Source of the DNA: Chiloscyllium plagiosum
Lineage: Eukaryota
DNA: 64,000 nt
Reading direction: 5' to 3'
Assembly (NCBI RefSeq): GCF_004010195.1
Contig: NC_057726.1
Coordinates: forward strand, 70,199,623 to 70,263,622
Below, one piece after another: positions 63,439-64,000 of this stretch. The notes beneath the pieces were generated by a model. That model was not told where the DNA came from. It worked only from the letters and a program-made list of their open reading frames with translations, and searched no databases. The translations under genes were made by a program, and so were the position numbers. How positions within the stretch are numbered: the first letter of the stretch is position 1; every line of letters begins with the position of its first letter.

Positions 63439-63985
63439 GTCTCATCTGCCATGCAGCCTTACTCGCTAAAGCGAATCATTGGAGTCCTTGTTGCCGAAAT
63501 TTTCTGAATCTACTCTCAAATGGATAAGAAGCCCGACTCGCTGGCTTGGAACTGGGCGTGGAATGCGAGTGCCCAATGGGCCACTTTAGGTCAGCAGAAC
63601 GGGCGCTGAAGGATGAATCGAACGCTGGGTTAAGGTGCCCAGTGCCAAAGCTCATCAGACCCCAAAAAAGGTGATGGTTGATATAGACAGCAGAACGGCG
63701 GCCATGGACATCAGACTCCACTAACGCATGTGCAACAACTCACCTGTCAAATCCACTAACCCAAAAAATGGATGGCGCTGGCGTTGGCAATCCAGAGCCC
63801 ATGGGGGCTACGCTGTGACGAGTAGGAGGATTGCTGCGGTAAGCATGAAGCCTAGGGTGTGGTCCAAGTTGGGGCTGCCTGGTGCAGACCTTGGTGGTAG
63901 TAGCAAATATTGAAACGAGAACTTTGAAATTGGGAAGGATTCCATGTGAACAGCAGTTGAATATGGGTCAGTCACTCCTACGAGG
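63075..63985 (+). pseudogene. Decayed 28S rRNA fragment (5' half, with internal deletions)
   Basis: GAAACACGGACTAAGGAGTC, GAAAGACTAATCGAACCATCT..GGTTCCCTCCGAAGTTTCCCTCAGGATAGCTGG and CTTGGTGGTAGTAGCAAATATT.AAACGAGAACTTTGAA. Confidence 0.92.
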
Positions 63986-64000
63986 TGACTGTTGTTATTG

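Noticed and set aside
60550-63913. ORFs over the rDNA relic, and functional rRNA genes
   Set aside because: The ORFs are incidental to GC-rich rDNA-derived or CR1 sequence; the rRNA pieces are fragmented and mutated in conserved cores.
1-64000. CRISPR arrays or prokaryotic operons
   Set aside because: The DNA is eukaryotic, with spliceosomal introns and retroposons; there is no regularly spaced repeat-spacer array.

Overview
Repeat-rich vertebrate genomic DNA, most likely from a cartilaginous fish (shark). This is inferred from HE1/V-SINE-type SINEs, abundant CR1-type LINEs, Penelope-like elements and tandem GPR139-like receptors. There is a 704-bp N gap at 1483-2186. Genes: (i) an apparently intact two-exon class A GPCR of the GPR139/GPR142-like family, with exon 1 at 13235-13319 (missed by the ORF track) and exon 2 at 22513-23405; (ii) a paralogous, intact exon 2 at 54979-55877, for which I found no first exon because its duplicated block is fused to an inverted-repeat arm; (iii) a disabled SIRP-like/antigen-receptor-like Ig superfamily gene (leader, V with J-like motif, C1, candidate TM and tyrosine-motif tail; 33.6-43 kb). 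Structural features: a nested ~9.5-kb inverted duplication (43.5-52.9 kb) whose breakpoints coincide with Penelope fragments, several Penelope-borne minimal hammerhead ribozyme cores, a solo LTR with a 4-bp TSD, and a decayed rDNA relic (28S 3' end on -, 5.8S and 28S 5' part on +). All coordinates were read by eye, so repeat boundaries are approximate. No database searches were run.
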